64,000 bases of DNA from Lama guanicoe (lineage: Eukaryota), in the NCBI GenBank assembly GCA_013239625.1, contig MU057346.1:5914431-5978430 (forward strand), read 5' to 3'. The translations under genes were made by a program, and so were the position numbers. The notes below the pieces were generated by a model that was not told where the DNA came from, did no database searches, and saw only the letters and a program-made list of their open reading frames with translations. Positions 62,790 through 64,000 of this stretch are shown here, piece by piece (the stretch's first letter is position 1; every line of letters begins with the position of its first letter).

Positions 62790-63020
62790 ATAATTGTGTG
62801 CCATTACCAAGCACTTGTTCCCTACCCAGCATATATTACGTATATGAATTCATTGGATGCTCATCTTAGGTACATACTGTTAATGTCCTCATTTTCCAGG
62901 TAAGGCAAGGAGGCACAGAAAGGCTAGGCCCCTTGTTCATGTTCTTACAACCAGAAAGTGGCAGAGGATGCATTCAGAAAGTGTGACTTGAACACACAGT
63001 TTCTTTACCACTATACGACC
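62790..63020 (-). mobile_element. MIR SINE
   Basis: 'gtcctcattttccaggtaaggcaaggaggcacagaaagg...aagtggcagaggatgcattcag'. Confidence 0.75.
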
Positions 63021-63524
63021 TCAGTGATGATGTGGGTAAATAGGACAGACGCTGGAATGAGTAATAAGGGGCACCCAGGCAGTTGCAGGCGAGGTCTTGG
63101 TTATGAGGAGCAGAAGCCCCAACTAGGAAAGGGAAGGGAGACAGATTATAAGGTGAGAAGTGAATCTCATGCAGGTCTAAGGCAGGAAGTGCAGCAGACC
63201 CACGGGGCTACTGGAATGGTCTTTCTCTCTCAGCCCCTCTCAGATCACTGATTGGAGTCCATGGAGCTGATTTCTACTTCCCTCACTGTGCCTGCTCTCT
63301 GCAGGTCAGCTTTCTCAGCTCCTTCTGTCTGTGACTTTCAGTGGAACTGTCTACAGCCCAGATTCTATAACTTTTGTCTCCAGAGTCTCCCTACTCTGAC
63401 AGCTGGCTATCTCTTAAATTAAGAGAGAGACCCTGATTGGCTCAACCCAGCCAATAGATTGGCTTGTCTAGAGTCAGGTGACCATTGAGGTGGTCAAAGG
63501 TGGTGAGGAAGAGGTCTGAGAAAA

Positions 63525-63975
63525 GAAATTCCTAAACTTTTAAAAAATTTTAAATGCAAGAAACTCTTTAAATAGTCTAGTGAAGCCTGTGGATCTCCTC
63601 TCAGAATAATATTTTTAAATGCTTAAAATATATGTTGGATTACAAATGTTATCAGAATACTGAATAAGAGGAAATCTGCGATGTGCTTTTTCAAAAACAC
63701 ATTGATGAGGTATAGCAGCAAGTCTCATAACAACTATAATCTTGAAGAATTGATGAAATGTAGAAGATATTTTGAAATACTGGCAAAACTTCTGATATAA
63801 AAATGTCTGTGACTTCATGACAATGTCACAGACACTGCTAATGAAACTATGGTCTGCTGCTTACGTTAATTATTGAAGGAAATGCTAAATTTCAATTAGA
63901 AGATCCTGAAGACAAGGATGTAAAAATTTTTTCCTATTCAAGTTCATAGTCCCCTAATTCTATCCACAGACTCCT
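63525..63975. mobile_element. Charlie4a-like hAT DNA transposon
   Basis: 'agtctagtgaagcctgtggatctcctctcagaataatatttttaaatgc' and 'gaaggaaatgctaaatttcaattaga...caagttcatagtcccctaattctatccacagac'. Confidence 0.8.
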
Positions 63976-64000
63976 TTACTTACTCAGTTGCAGTATTTCT

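Noticed and set aside
1-64000. CRISPR array, operon or other novel prokaryote-type system
   Set aside because: The sequence is mammalian; there are no regularly spaced repeats, gene-length ORFs or evidence of horizontal transfer

Overview
This is eutherian mammalian non-coding DNA (gene desert or very large intron). I find no supportable protein-coding exon, RNA gene, CpG island or CRISPR array. Every ORF in the track is a chance ORF, an N-gap read-through or a decayed transposon remnant. Much of the window is ancient interspersed repeat, often nested: MIR, L2, L3/CR1, L1M, MaLR MLT1, MLT2, ERVL LTR16/LTR33/LTR41/MER68/MER21, a partial ERVL provirus with gag remnants, and hAT elements MER5/MER58A/MER45B/Charlie4a. 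The few younger insertions are L1 3' ends that resemble camelid L1. I saw no Alu, B1/B2, Bov-A/BovB, PRE-1, CHR-2, Can-SINE or ERE1, so a camelid source is my inference. Between the repeats lie several repeat-free blocks rich in homeodomain, SOX, TCF, FOX and PBX motifs that look like developmental enhancers. The best is at about 55.5-55.85 kb, with a perfect 18-bp palindrome. I did not find convincing evidence for a novel biological system. Repeat family names come from my recall of consensus sequences, not from a RepeatMasker run, and boundaries are approximate unless a target-site duplication (TSD) is given.
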